A stretch of DNA of 64,000 nucleotides from contig NC_043001.1 in the NCBI RefSeq assembly GCF_006345805.1, forward strand, positions 20,646,001-20,710,000, in the 5' to 3' direction. This stretch comes from Octopus sinensis. Its lineage: Eukaryota. The position numbers and the translations under genes were made by a program. Of the stretch, positions 51,511 through 64,000 are shown one piece after another (within the stretch, counting starts at the first letter, position 1; every line of letters starts with the position of its first letter). The notes beneath the pieces are model-generated. The model made no database searches and was not told the DNA's origin. It saw nothing but the letters and a program-made list of their open reading frames with translations.

Positions 51511-51732
51511 CCCTTTAGCATTTAAACCGGCCATATCCGGCCAAAAGTATTCCGCCTATTCTATGTTCAAACTGGCCAGATCTGGTCTCTCACACCAACC
51601 CTACAATATCGTTTTAAAAATTAACAGCTACCTCCATCAAAATCTCATAGCTACAACATAATGCATAATTAGTTCAAAACAATGTGAATAAAAAAGGATT
51701 AATTTTGGCAGAATAATGCGAACACTAAAGGG
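51511..51732 (+). mobile_element. piggyBac-type MITE family 1
   Basis: TTAA flanks, CCCTTTAG TIRs. Confidence 0.85.
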
Positions 51733-51963
51733 TTAAACAAAGACCAACTGACTGATTGACAAAAACTCAATCACTAGCACAACAGAGACATGCTCATAGT
51801 TTTTCCTTTCTCCTTCTTTTCTTCAATAGCTTCTGCTCTTCACTGAACTACCAAGCTTTACACTACTCCCTTATATTACCCACCTCTCAAACCAAAACAA
51901 TGAAACTACCTCTTCTCCTCTCATCATCCTTATTGTATGTCACACATCCAAACTTTACATTAA

Positions 51964-52177
51964 CCCTTTCATTACTAACCCGGCTGAAACTGGCTCTGGC
52001 TCTGAGTACAAATGTCTTGTTTTTTTTTTTATAAATTTTGAATTAAAATCTTCCACAATTTATGTTCCTAACACTAGCTGAATGATAACTTAAGTTATTT
52101 TACTAAATTTTTTTGTTATATTTAAAGTAATTGAAAGAAACAGAGAGCATCTCAAAATAAATACAGTAACGAAAGGG
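51964..52177 (+). mobile_element. piggyBac-type MITE family 2
   Basis: ttaa|CCCTTTC...GAAAGGG|ttaa. A partial reverse copy lies at ~59300-59480. Confidence 0.8.
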
Positions 52178-52476
52178 TTAAACAATTTGCTCAATACAGC
52201 TCTCTAGGACTTTCTGTCCCTACAGGCATTAACCCCTACAGAAATTAATACCGAATATCAACTCCACTGACTTCACCAGGTCTAGACAAGAAAAAGAGGT
52301 TTGAGGGAGAACTGGCTGCCCTTTCTAGTTAGTTGAGTCCCTATGTAGTGGCTTCCTTAGTTGGCTCAGAAACTCTTTGTTGCTAACAGAGGTAATAAAT
52401 CACAGAGCTTTTAACTATTCTTATTCTAATAATAATAATACTCTGAGTAAAACTAATTCCTGTAGTAATTGTCTAG

Positions 52477-52633
52477 GCGGTGGTGGTGGTGGTGTAGTAG
52501 TAGTAGTAGTAGTGATGGTGGTGGTAGTAGTAGTGGTGGTAGTAGTAGTGATGGTGGTGGTAGTAGTAGTGGTGATGGTGGTGGTAGTAGTGGTGGTGGT
52601 GGTGGTGGTGGTAGTAGTAGTAGTAGTAGTATT
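52477..52633 (+). repeat. Mosaic (GGT)n/(AGT)n trinucleotide tract
   Basis: Directly visible. Similar tracts: (CCA)n at ~7216-7275 and (GAT)n at ~31020-31065. Confidence 0.95.
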
Positions 52634-52699
52634 TCACTACCTGTTATGGTTCTTAGTCATCTCTTTGTGAGAGGTTAAACCTCTTGAGATCACCCTTCA

Positions 52700-53290
52700 C
52701 TTTGACCCATGTCTCCTTGCTCAATCACTTCCACAGGTTCCATGTGCTTGTAACACCCAGCATTTCTTTCTATAACCGTCATCATTCACACCCATAGCAT
52801 AGTTTTCTACCTTGCACACTATATACAATTCCTCTAAAATTCTTCTAATAAGCAGTTTTCCTCTTAACTCAAATGAACTGCATTGTATGTACCCACTATA
52901 TATCATTACATAAGTAGTAGAGAATGCTCACCTCATTTCTTTCCAACCTTCACAAATTCTCGGCACTTGAGACTGCCATCTTGCTACCGTGCTACAACAT
53001 ACTTCATACACAAGCATCATTAAATCTACCCTTCACATGGAAGAAGAAACCTGTTGCTGCCAGCAGACATAAAGACCTTCTGAATTTCTTGCATCTCACT
53101 CTTATTCTAACAACTATGCTTTTGGAACAACCCCCTCCACTGTTAATTAGGCCATCTTGGTAGCAAACATTGTAAAGTAATTCTAGGAAGCTTTCATAGC
53201 ATTTGAAGGAATTTATTTCATATCTACTCTTACTGTTAGCAACCTGTATACCTGCTGCAACCACCTGCTCTGCCAACTTACCTATAAGCC
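52700..53290 (-). mobile_element. Older, degenerate RTE ORF fragment
   Basis: Remnant INSGGGCSKSIVVRIRVRCKKFRRSLCLL aligns by eye with the RTE thumb region at ~18500-18600. Another C-terminal remnant at ~54710-54880 (+). Confidence 0.55.
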
Positions 53291-54139
53291 AACTCACCGT
53301 GGTGGGGACGCTGGCAACAGGTAATGTCAGAGCTATGCCTTAGGGAACTTCAGTTCCTGGTAGGGCCACCCAAAGCAGATTGGTCTGACACCGAGTGGTA
53401 TTAGGGCCACAACCCAGCAGACGGGGCCCTGGTGAAAATCATCGGAGTGTCTGTTTCGGCAACCGGCGGCTCCTCAGTCGTTCTGTCCCTGCGTCTGTGG
53501 ACAATCTGCGGCAAACAGGATGTCTCTACATGCGAGATTGTTGGGGACCGCTTGTGAAATTCATATTCCCACGAAACTTCTTCCAGTGCCCTAGTTCAAG
53601 ATGCCATGAGGGTGGTAGAAGAAGCCGACTCAACCCGCCCAGGGTGAATGTCGCCACAAGTATAAGTAAGTATCTCTTGTATGTCTATAGTTTACAATGG
53701 ACATACCTACCAATGGAATTCCTACCAACTCCTTTCCTACGTCTTAAGCAGGGTTGGATTAAGATCCATACAGGCCTTTGCACTTAAAAGATTTTGGTAC
53801 CCTCATATATGTGTAATTCAAAATATAAACAATAATAAATCATAAAATAAGGATTTATTTTTCAAAGTAGCTTGTTTACCAACCACATAGTTCTGGGTTC
53901 AGTCCCATGACACTTTGGGCAAGTGTCTTCTACACTGGGGCAGACCAAAGCCTTGTAAACGGATTGGGTAGATTGAAACTGAAAGAAGCTTGTCATATGT
54001 ATAATCAGCCGAAATTGCTAAGATGATCTGGTTCTTGACTGATGACTGAGGGCTTCGAATGTCCCGTCCTGTGGTTCTTGTGTCGTCTTTGTGGTGTTTC
54101 ATGTTCTTGTCCATGTCTGTAATTATATTTTACTGTTTA

Positions 54140-54194
<55 letters not shown>

Positions 54195-54356
54195 ATTGGG
54201 TATGGTGTCACACCGAATGCCATCAAATTTCAAGCAGGGGTATAGCAGAAGTTTTCCATTAAGATTTGTGATTAAATTAATGAGTAAGGTTAATATTTAT
54301 AATGAATTTGCCATTCTCGATGAGTGTGCAGTGCACACCTAGAATATACACCCCTG

Positions 54357-54408
<52 letters not shown>

Positions 54409-56593
54409 CAGTGTACATTGTATTTTTATATGAATAATATATAGTCTATTGACTAGTTTTTTTTTGTTGCTAGGCCACTGGTAACAAAGAATTTTTCTAA
54501 ATTTTTTTGCTACCCTGAGATTTATTGATTATATATATATATATATAAATTTAAAATGAGGGTGAGAAATTAGATATTAATTTAATTAACATCGATTTCA
54601 CACCAGTGATCAAGCATATAAAAAAAACTGAAGGTTCAGTAAAATTGTATTATATATATATATATATATATATAGATATATAATCTCACACACTGGTACA
54701 GACATAAGATGCAAAAGGTATATAACAGCTATTTAAAGAAGCGCTGGGCACTCAAAGAGGATGGGACTCATAGAAGAGGAAGACTAAAGAAGACACAAGA
54801 TAAAGTGTTGAGGATTGATCTCAAGCATCATATGAAGGAGATGAATGAGACCAGGGGTGACAGGTTGGGGACACACAGTTGGGGACACAGCTGGAGAAAA
54901 TTTGACCACACAGACAAGCATAGTGAAAAAAAAGGGTAGTAGTAGTGGACACTAGGATATATAATGTCTATCTACATCTGAAGCTTTCACCTATTTTGAA
55001 CCAGCTAAATTTCCATCTGCTGCCCTGGCTTACCTGTTCTCTCATCTCTCTATCACTTACCTATTCACCTTTTCATTGTACCAGGTCACCTGTGTAAAGA
55101 AAAATAACCTTTGTCCATACCCATTCACCCTCTTCAAACCATTAAATGGTTGCTACAGTGCTCTCTCTCTCTCCCCATCATGATGCCTGAGTAACAAAGG
55201 ATTGCATATCACCCCTCCCTCTATCCCCTTGCACTACTAGCAATCACTTCCCCAGGTCACACATTACTGACATCCATCACACTCTCTTACCATCATTTTA
55301 TGACTATCCATCATCTCCCCCCCTCTCTTTCTCTCTCTTTCTCACCATTAAACACATGTAGCTGCCTTTAATGTTTCCTCCCATCATTACTTTCTGTCAT
55401 TACTTTCTCACATTTAACCCTGACATTATAGTTTCTATTCCATTAAACTTCCTAGTTCTGTTTCCTCCCAACACACCTCTGCTTCTTCTTCATTCTCACT
55501 CTGAGTTCTCTTCTGCTATTGCCTTCTGTAATATCCCAAGCTGTTGGTCATATAACACTGAATAAATAAATGGATATGTTATATATAAAACCATAGGGGG
55601 TACCCTTTTGTTTATATGCAGGAAACAGATCTACCTCACCAGTGCTAGAGCCATATATAACCACAGAAACAGAGTGACAGGTTAACATAGCAAATACATG
55701 TATAAATACACACAAACTAAGAAATGCCTACATACACACAAACACAGAAATATTCACTGCATATTCATGAACCCACACACGGATATTCACAAGTAAAAAA
55801 ATGTTCAAGTCTTAAACCTTAGAAACTCTCATACACATATACATACACAAAAAAACAAATGAAACAGAGTTGGAGACAGCCAGAGGTGAGTTACATAAAA
55901 AAAATTTTTTTCTAAATCGACAGTTATTATGAAATATAATTTCTTAAAAGAAACCAAATTAATTGAGAGAAAGAACAGGAAATATGAGTAACAAACAAAT
56001 GGGAGAAGTCTTAAGGGAAGTTATAAGAGGGAAAAAACTGAAGTTTTTTACAGAATCAGAATTTAAAAGGAGAGGAAAAAGAATACAGCGGAAATGGAAA
56101 ATTCATTGGAAAAAATAACAAAAAGGTTTAATGAGTCAAAATATTAAAAAAAAAAAAAAAAAAAAACAGCTAGAAATTGGCAGTGAGATAACAGATCAAA
56201 AAATATTTTTTTTAAAATATTTAAAAAAAAAAATATTCCAAAGTAATGTTAAGATCCAATGCATTTCAATGGAACAGGAAAAAAAAATGTGCAGCAAGTT
56301 TCAGATAATCAGTGATCAATATTTGTTTTGATTGATGCTTATGTTTGCCTTTAAATATATTCTTAATGTTCTTTTTATTTCGTTTTCGCCTGAAGATCAA
56401 AAACATGAGATCCAAACTTACAATTTGTGAAGTTTCCAATAAAATCTGGTGTTTGTGTGCATGTGTCTGACACAGCACCAGTATTAAAATAAGATAGGCA
56501 GTGAGTAAACATGTTAACTTAGAGAAACACAGTCTTCTAGTTGACCATAACCGAATCTAGTTTCTCTTGCTATTTATTCCCTTCTCACATATC

Positions 56594-57018
56594 AGAGCTT
56601 TTTGGTTTGAACGGCAGTTTTTTAAAATAATTTCCATGTAACTAAACACTTTAAAACTTCGTGTACTGGTAGAATGTGTTTATAAAACATCTTTTTCTCT
56701 TGGCTTTATTGAGAAAATTCTATAGTTTGTAAGATATTTGTTGTTTTTTTCTTCAATTTCTGCAATTTCAACCAATCAATGACGTCTATTGAGATAAAAA
56801 AACATTCTGTGCCATATGAATATGTACCTTGTTTAAGAAACAGATTGGGTTTATTTACATTTCTGAAGAAAAAAAGATACCCTTCCCGCCACCCCAAACC
56901 CTAACCCTAACCCTAAAACAGATTGAAATGCAATAGATCGATACTAGGGTCATAATTATGGGTGACAATTTCATATGACACTGCAAGAAAAAAACTGTCG
57001 TTCAAACCGAAAAGATTC
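56594..57018 (-). mobile_element. Third copy of the TTAGGG-bearing MITE
   Basis: TSD cacatatc at 56586-56593 and 57019-57026. Slightly decayed TIRs, (CCCTAA)3 plus a variant unit. Confidence 0.85.
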
Positions 57019-57289
57019 CACATATCAACAAAGCTTCTTAGACACTTTTACATTTTTTTGTAAATTTGTTGCTATTTAGTTCTAGAGCCTTTACTGTGTT
57101 GACCCCCACTGGAGACTTCATTCTGAAGTTTTTTTGACAGATTTTAATAATCATCATATACAAAGAAATTCCTAAAGACAACTAATTCTAAACTCATAAC
57201 ACAAAATAATATGAATTGAGGACTATGAAATATTGTGTGCCACAATCTACCAATTTGAACCATTCTAATAACAATAATAATTATTCATC

Positions 57290-57830
57290 ATCATCATCAT
57301 CATCATTGTTTAATGTCCGCTTTCCATGCTAGCATGGGTTGGACGATTTGACTGAGAGCTGGCGAACCAGATGGCTGCACCAGGCTCCAATCTTGATCTG
57401 GCAGAGTTTCTACAGCTAGATGCCCTTCCTAACACCAACCACTCCGAGAGTGTAGTGGGTACTTTTACGTGCCACCGGCACGGGGGCCAGTCAGGTGGTA
57501 CTGGCTACGACCTCGCTTGAATCTTTTTACACATGCCACCGGCACAGGTGCCTGTAAGGCAATGCTGGTAATGATCACGCTCGAATGGTGCCTTTTACAT
57601 GCCACTGGCACAGAAGCCAGTTAACCGCTCTGGCAACGATCATGCTCGGATGGTGCTCTTAGTACCCTACTAGCACAGGGCACAAGTGTCAGTAAGGCGA
57701 TGCTGGTAACGATCACACTCGAATGGTGCCTTTTATGTGCCACTCGTACAGAAGCCGGTTAGCCGCTCTGTCAACGATCACACTCATATGGTGCTCTTTG
57801 CATCCTGCTAGCATGGGTGCCAGTCATCGT
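57290..57830 (-). mobile_element. RTE LINE 3' tail with expanded variant-Y minisatellite
   Basis: Near reverse complement of 46350-46893. Confidence 0.78.
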
Positions 57831-58317
57831 ATTAACAATATTAATTACTATTAAATCCATAATATGGCTTCATGCCAATACTATCATCACCATTATCATC
57901 ATCACAATTGTTTCAAGATTTATTGATTTTTCTAATCAGTTTAAACAGTTGTGTAAGGCTTGGATGCCAATGCAGACTAAGAAAGGTATATAATACTCTT
58001 TTTATAAAGAATAAACAAAAATAAAAGCAAAAAATAAAAGAACAAATAAAAATAAAGACATGGAGTGGATCCAGAGTAGAGAGGAAATGTCATTGATGAG
58101 GTCGTAAATGGCAACAAAAGGACTTTGACAGACCAAACTCACTGAATGATTCACGGGAGAATTAATCAAAAAATTGATTAGTTAATTAGTTAAATAGTTA
58201 ACCGATTGATAAATAAATAATAAAGAAAGGAAACAGAATTAACGCATGTGTTTATTAATGGCATAATGACCTCCCAAGATACAACAAGTAAAAAATAGGA
58301 GAAAGAAATACAGATAA

Positions 58318-58690
58318 TACAGGAGTGGCTGTGTGGTAAGTAGCTTGCTAACCAACCACACGGTTCCGGGTTCAGTCCCACTGCGTGGCATCTTGGGCAG
58401 GTGTCTTCTGCTATAGCCCCGGGCCGACCAATGCCTTGAGAGTGGATTTGGTAGACGGAAACTGAAAGAAGCCTGTCGTATATATGTATTTATATATATA
58501 TGTATGTGTGTGTGTTTGTGTGTCTGTGTTTGTCCCCCTAGCATTGCTTGACAACCGATGCTGGTGTGTTTACGTCCCCGTCACTTAGCGGTTCGGCAAA
58601 AAGAGACCGATAGAATAAGTACTAAAAGGTGGTGCTCCAACATGGCCGCAGTCAAATGACTGAAACAAGTAAAAGAGTAAAGAGTATAAA
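58318..58690 (+). mobile_element. tRNA-derived SINE family A (~400 bp, central (TA)n(TG)n), near-intact representative
   Basis: Head ggagtggctgtgtggtaag...gggttcagtccc (A/B-box-like), body gagtggatttggtagacggaaactg, tail ...gactgaaacaagtaaaagag. Other copies at ~1-102(-), 886-1070, 2174-2472, 20534-20912, 26195-26560, 28616-28930, 29776-30190, 36135-36545(-), 39165-39545, 62744-63125 and 63688-64000. Confidence 0.85.
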
Positions 58691-59809
58691 GAACAGTTAA
58701 ATGGTTTAATAATGGAAGATCCTGTGTTGCTGGATCACTGAAAATAAACTGCACATCTAGCACTGATAGCCTTGTCAAAACTATTCCCAAAATTTTATCT
58801 CTCTAAGATGTAATTTTTGCATTAGAACAAATAATGGCATATGGTTTCTGAATAGTCTTCACAAAAACATAAAAGTAATTTCATATGACCTGTTCATGGT
58901 AGAACATAGTTCAAAGGAATGTGGTTTGTTCAAAGCCAACAAAGTTTTTGTCAACTTTGCTGAGTATCTGATATATTTCATCTCTTATCTTTCAGTTATT
59001 TCAATCACTGGACAGTGGAGAATTAAGTTACTTGGATGCAAACAAACCAACAATGGTTGCCAGCAGTGGTAGGGGAAGAAAAACATAAACACACATGCAC
59101 ACACACAGCTTACATCTATCAAATTTACTCACAAGGCAAGTCAGCCCAGAACTCTAGTAAAAGACACTTACCCAAGGTGCCGTACAGTAGGACTGAACCC
59201 AAAACCATATGGCTGCAAAGCAAGCTTCTTAACCAGTAAGCCATACTGACAGCTATTCTGTTAAAGCTGGATGAGATAATGGCAGATTAAAGCATGATAG
59301 TTTAACCCCTGTATTTATTTTGAGATGCTCTGTGTTTCTTTCAATTACTTTAAATATAACAAAGAATTTAGTAAAATAACTTAGTTATCGTTAAACTTGT
59401 GTTAGGAACATAAATTGTGACTAAGGTTTGGTGGCAGATTTTAATTAAAAACTTATGAAAACAAGACATTTATATATACTCAGAGCCTTCCACTTTCATG
59501 AAATTAATTACCCAATAGTAAGAATTCAAATAAAGAAACCCCAAAAAAGGCTTTAATACATTCCCAGAGTATATAGAACTTAGGAGGAAATACTAATAAG
59601 GTATGTATATTAAAATCGTGAAGTATGTTACGTAAGTAATAACAGGCAAATCAAATATGAGATAATAACAATTCAAAGTAAATAACTCTGAAAAAAGCTT
59701 GTGCACGTTCGCAGAGAATATTTCCCTCAGCAGTGCTGGCGTTAGTATAAACGTGAATAAATCACTAACAAAAATAAGTGGATCTATTGTTTAGGAAAAT
59801 ATTATTTAC

Positions 59810-59846
59810 CTGTTTAAGCATTGTACTGGATAAATTGCGAAAATAA
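59810..59846 (-). CDS. Candidate upstream micro-exon with start codon (MLKQ) for the MARCH gene
   Basis: Minus strand reads tttcag|TTATTTTCGCAATTTATCCAGTACAATGCTTAAACAG|gtaaat. The phase-0 donor would join in frame to ESVQH. Such motifs can occur by chance in AT-rich DNA. Confidence 0.25.
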
Positions 59847-60879
59847 CTGAAATAGTTCAAATACTAAGAAATAAGCATACTGATTTACACAAAATAATTT
59901 ACAAACATGAATGGGTTATTTCTCTTGGTTATATATAAGGATCCCTTTCAGGAGCGAGTGGGTTATTTCTCTTGGATGTTTAAAAATAATATATTAGTTA
60001 TATGTAGTAGATATAAGAATCCCTTCCAGGGCCCCTATAATCTATTTTTTCAACAATCTAAATATGTCACTAGTTTTCCAGACATGGGTTCAACTTACGT
60101 GTCACGTTTCATCAAAATTGATAGAACGATGTAGGAAGAGTTAGATAACAACGCCACAAACAAACAGACCCACAGATTTCCACATATGTAGTAGTTATAC
60201 ATATATATATACATATACGTATACATATATACATATACATATATATATATACACATATACATATATACATACATATATATACATACATACATATATATAT
60301 ATATACACACACACATATACACACACATTATATATATATATAGACACACACATATATATACATATATATATCCACTCACAAGGCTATAGTAGAAGACACT
60401 TGCCCAAAATACGATGCACAGAGACTGAAATCTGAACCATGTGGTTGGTAACCAAGCTACTTACCACATAGCCACTCCTGCGCCTTAATACAGTAATAGA
60501 TAATAAAACGGTTAAGAGTCTGTTCATGAGAAAGTTTTATTTACTGACAATCTGTCTCATACAGTGGACTCTATGAAAGGACCTGCATATATCAAAACCT
60601 TGAAAAAAATAGGCATTAGTCAAAAATTACCTGAAAGTTAACATGGCAAAGACTAATTTACATTGCAACCAATCTACCCTGTTACAATTTAACTTGTATC
60701 TTAATAAATGGTTAACATAGGATTAGCTGAAAATATTCATAAAGAACATTATAATCAAAGTTTTAGTGTTTGTTTTACCTGAAATATATTGTAAGACATT
60801 AAAAGAAAATCTCAGATTCAAAAAAGGATTTATTCTTGAAAGTGGAAGGAGACTAAAATATGTCGTGTAATTTGTTTAA

Positions 60880-61098
60880 CCCTTTAGTGTTCAGATTATT
60901 CAATCAAACATAATGCCTATTGATTCCCATTGATTTGAATTAATCATGCATTATCTCATATCTTCAAGATCTTGATGGTGTAATTACTTAATGTAGAATA
61001 ACATTGTAGGGTAGGTGCGAGAGCCTGGATCTGGTCAGTTTGAACATAAAACAGATTAGCTATTTTGGCCAGATATGGCCGGTTTAAATACTAAAGGG
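60880..61098 (-). mobile_element. piggyBac-type MITE family 1 (reverse orientation)
   Basis: TTAA flanks, body is the reverse complement of the other copies. A partial reverse copy also ends at 4565. Confidence 0.85.
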
Positions 61099-62743
61099 TT
61101 AAGCTATTTACGAACATGTGCAATACTAGGCACTTGCCACTAGTCATCTAACCATAACAGTCATGCCTCAATCTATCAAATTCTGAAGTATTTAATCTTA
61201 CTGTAATACATTCAAAAATTTGTTCTACTTCTTAACATTATTCTGATTATGGTGAAGGTGAATCACACCTCAAGCTTAACAAAGCAGATAAGCCATCGTT
61301 AATGAAACGAGAGTGTTTTTCTGATGCATATCTTCAACAAGTTATGACAAGTACCAATTTTCATTTCAATGGCAGCAAATTATTTCAAATGCAATGGTTA
61401 ATTACTATTCAAAATGAATTAATTACTTAGGTCAAATCAATATTAATATCTGAATTTAAAATGTTATTAATTGAATAAACATTTTTATTTTGTCCCTCAT
61501 ATTTCATTTCCACATCATCATTTTACTTCTGCTTTTTGATACTGGCATAGGTTGGACAGGTTTTCTGTGGCAATGTTTTACAGTTAAATGCCTTTCCTGT
61601 TATCAACTCCTTTAACCAATTACAGCATTTAAAAGTCTAATACTTCATAGGAACATGAATAATAATGCTTAACTAGCTATGTGTTGCTTATAGCTGAAAT
61701 GCTATTAAAGTTACTAGGACAATGAAAAGTTTTAAATTAGAAACCATAGTCTCATGTAAATGATAACAGATATTGGAAATATCAAATTTGAGCCAGATAA
61801 GTTATAGAGCTACAAACATACTGACAAGATTCTCGATTGCCAGTGACTATGTTTACTGAACAGCAGAGCGCCTGCCAGTCTCAAATTAGGAACTATAAAT
61901 TATTTCAATTATTAAATACATATAAGATAGGTTATTCTACTAATGTCAAACACAGTGTGGTGTCTTACCTCTGATCAATGTTTGCATTGAAATAATCTCA
62001 TAATTCCCAATAAAGTCTAATATAATTTCCATCAAAACCTCGTTGGTTAAATTATTATGGTAGAGTGTAATATTTAGTTTAAAGTCTAAAACTAGATGAT
62101 ATTCATAAATTGAAAATGAAAGTGAAATAGTGAAAATAACTTACCTACCACTGTCATTTTCTTTAACATTTATAACTAGCACATTCACAACATGGCTGTA
62201 TTTTAAAGATCATTTATTACTAGAATTGTAGGTATTGATTTAGCTGTTCGTATCATCTTTTGTACTTATAACTATGCTTCATTTAACTACAATTTCATTT
62301 TATTGAAATCACAAAACTTTATTGTAAATCGGAATATTAATTTGAAACACATAAAAGGTTAAATTAATTGATATATTATTAGCTGCAGAACATTTAAACT
62401 GCTAGCGATAGTCTATATAAAAGCTGTTGAGTTACAAAACTGAATAATCCACTCCACTAAGTAGTTATATCATAGAGCAATGGAAAATACTTAGCAGTTT
62501 ATATCACCAGCTACAAGTTCTGTAACACAGTGAACTTAGCGAAAGAAAATGTCAATACAAAGAATCAATTATCAACACTGACTAACACTATCAATGCTGA
62601 GACTACGTAAACCAAGTAATGCTACAGCCACATCTAAACAGAAATTTGTGTCATTGTGATATAGCTATGTTTACACAGGAGATCTTAACATACTTTCACT
62701 GAACAGTGTCAAAATACAGGCATTGTGTGTATATATATATATA

Positions 62744-63125
62744 TAGGTGCAGGAGTGGCTGTGTGGTAAGTAGCTTGCTAACCAACCACATGGTTGCGGG
62801 TTCAGTCTTCTGCTATAGCCCCGGGCCGACCAAAGCCTTGTGAGTGGATTTGGTAGACGGAAACTGAAAGAAGCCTGTCGTATATATGTATATATATATA
62901 TATGTGTGTGCATTTGTGTGTCTGTGTTTGTCCCCCTAGCATTGCTTGACAACCGATGCTGGTCTGTTTACGTCCCCGTAACTTAGCGGTTCGACAAAAG
63001 TTACCGATAGAATAAGTACTAAGGCTTACAAAAAATAAATCCTGGGGTCGATTTGCTCTCGACTAAAAGCGGTGCTCAAGCATGGCCACAGTCAAATGGC
63101 TGAAACAAGTAAAGAGAAAAGAGAG
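62744..63125 (+). mobile_element. SINE family A with a short internal deletion after the B box
   Basis: gggttcagtc joins directly to ttctgctatagcc. Confidence 0.8.
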
Positions 63126-64000
63126 AAATATATATGTGTGTGTGTGTGAGTGCAATATTATCCATTCGTTATTCATGAAAAACAGAGACTAAAACTATCG
63201 CACGCCCCAAAAAGTGCTAGGATTTATACTCTCAGGTGATCTCATGACGACTGCTTACAAATATGATTACATAACAGCATTCAGGTTTGTTTCTCCAGTC
63301 AGAGAACATTTCAGTGTAGAACTGATTGCTATTGTGTTGTGTCAGTCTAAGCTTTTTATATCCTTAACTACGACAATAATCTTTCTCTTCTATGAACTTA
63401 CTAGCAATATGCTACTATCAACAAAAGTATTTCATCCGCTTCATTACCAACTTTATACAAAAATAACAATAAAGAACCACTTTATTTATTATATCTAGTT
63501 TGGGACTGTAGATACTATGCACTATAAATTAACTGATGAGATTTCAATGGAAATTACATAAGACATTAATTAGGCTTTAAGAGACTCTAACCCTTACCAG
63601 ACTGTAATAAATACACTCCTTATCCCTCCTCTAAAGTTGTATTTTAAAAGTTTTAACTGAACATTACTCACATTAAACTTATCCAACAGGCGTAAGAGTG
63701 GCTGTGTGGTAAGTAGCTTGCTTATGAACCACATGGTTCCAGGTTCAGTCCCACTGCGTGGCACCTTCGGCAAGTGTCTTCTACTATAGCCTTGGGCCGA
63801 CCAAAGCCTTGTGAGTGGATTTGGTAGGCGGAAACTGAAAGAAGCCCATCATATATATGTGTGTTTGTATATGTTTGTGTGTCTGTGTTTGTCCTCCCAA
63901 CATCACTTGACAACCGATGCTGGTGTGTTTACGTCCCCGTAACTTAGCGGTTTGGCAAAAAGACCAATAGAATAAGTACTAGGCTTACAAAGAATAAGTC

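Noticed and set aside
52377-52678. Poly-Val and Gly/Ser-rich ORFs
   Set aside because: They are translations of a GGT/AGT trinucleotide tract, with no splice or homology support.
60095-60379. Tyr/Ile/Cys/Val-rich ORFs here and at many (TA)n/(CA)n sites
   Set aside because: Microsatellite translation artefacts.
60620-60790. Additional tttcag/gtaa motifs on the minus strand as exon candidates
   Set aside because: The wrong phase or no clear partner site; expected by chance in AT-rich DNA.

Overview
AT-rich, repeat-dense eukaryotic genomic DNA. The SINE/LINE repertoire resembles that of octopus (inference, not verified). There is one host gene, on the minus strand: a MARCH1/8-type RING-CH membrane E3 ubiquitin ligase. 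Its RING-CH exon (23804-24079) is spliced in phase 0 across a 13.8-kb intron to the terminal two-transmembrane exon (9602-9976); its 5' exon(s) are not firmly located. The rest is intron/intergenic DNA filled with tRNA-derived SINEs, 3' tails of RTE LINEs with an internal minisatellite, piggyBac-, hAT- and Merlin-like MITEs, and decayed Chapaev, mariner, Helitron and CR1-like remnants. The most interesting signals are two unrelated inverted-repeat cassettes (11174-11767 and 44426-44864) in which each arm carries a Penelope-type minimal hammerhead ribozyme motif; one cassette surrounds a tRNA-like Pol III head. There are also decayed hammerhead-like copies of other families and a ~410-bp 8-bp-TSD MITE family carrying a variable number of TTAGGG repeats. 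All coordinates were read by eye (repeat ends +/- several bp). Family names come from recalled motifs, not database searches, and no ribozyme activity has been demonstrated.
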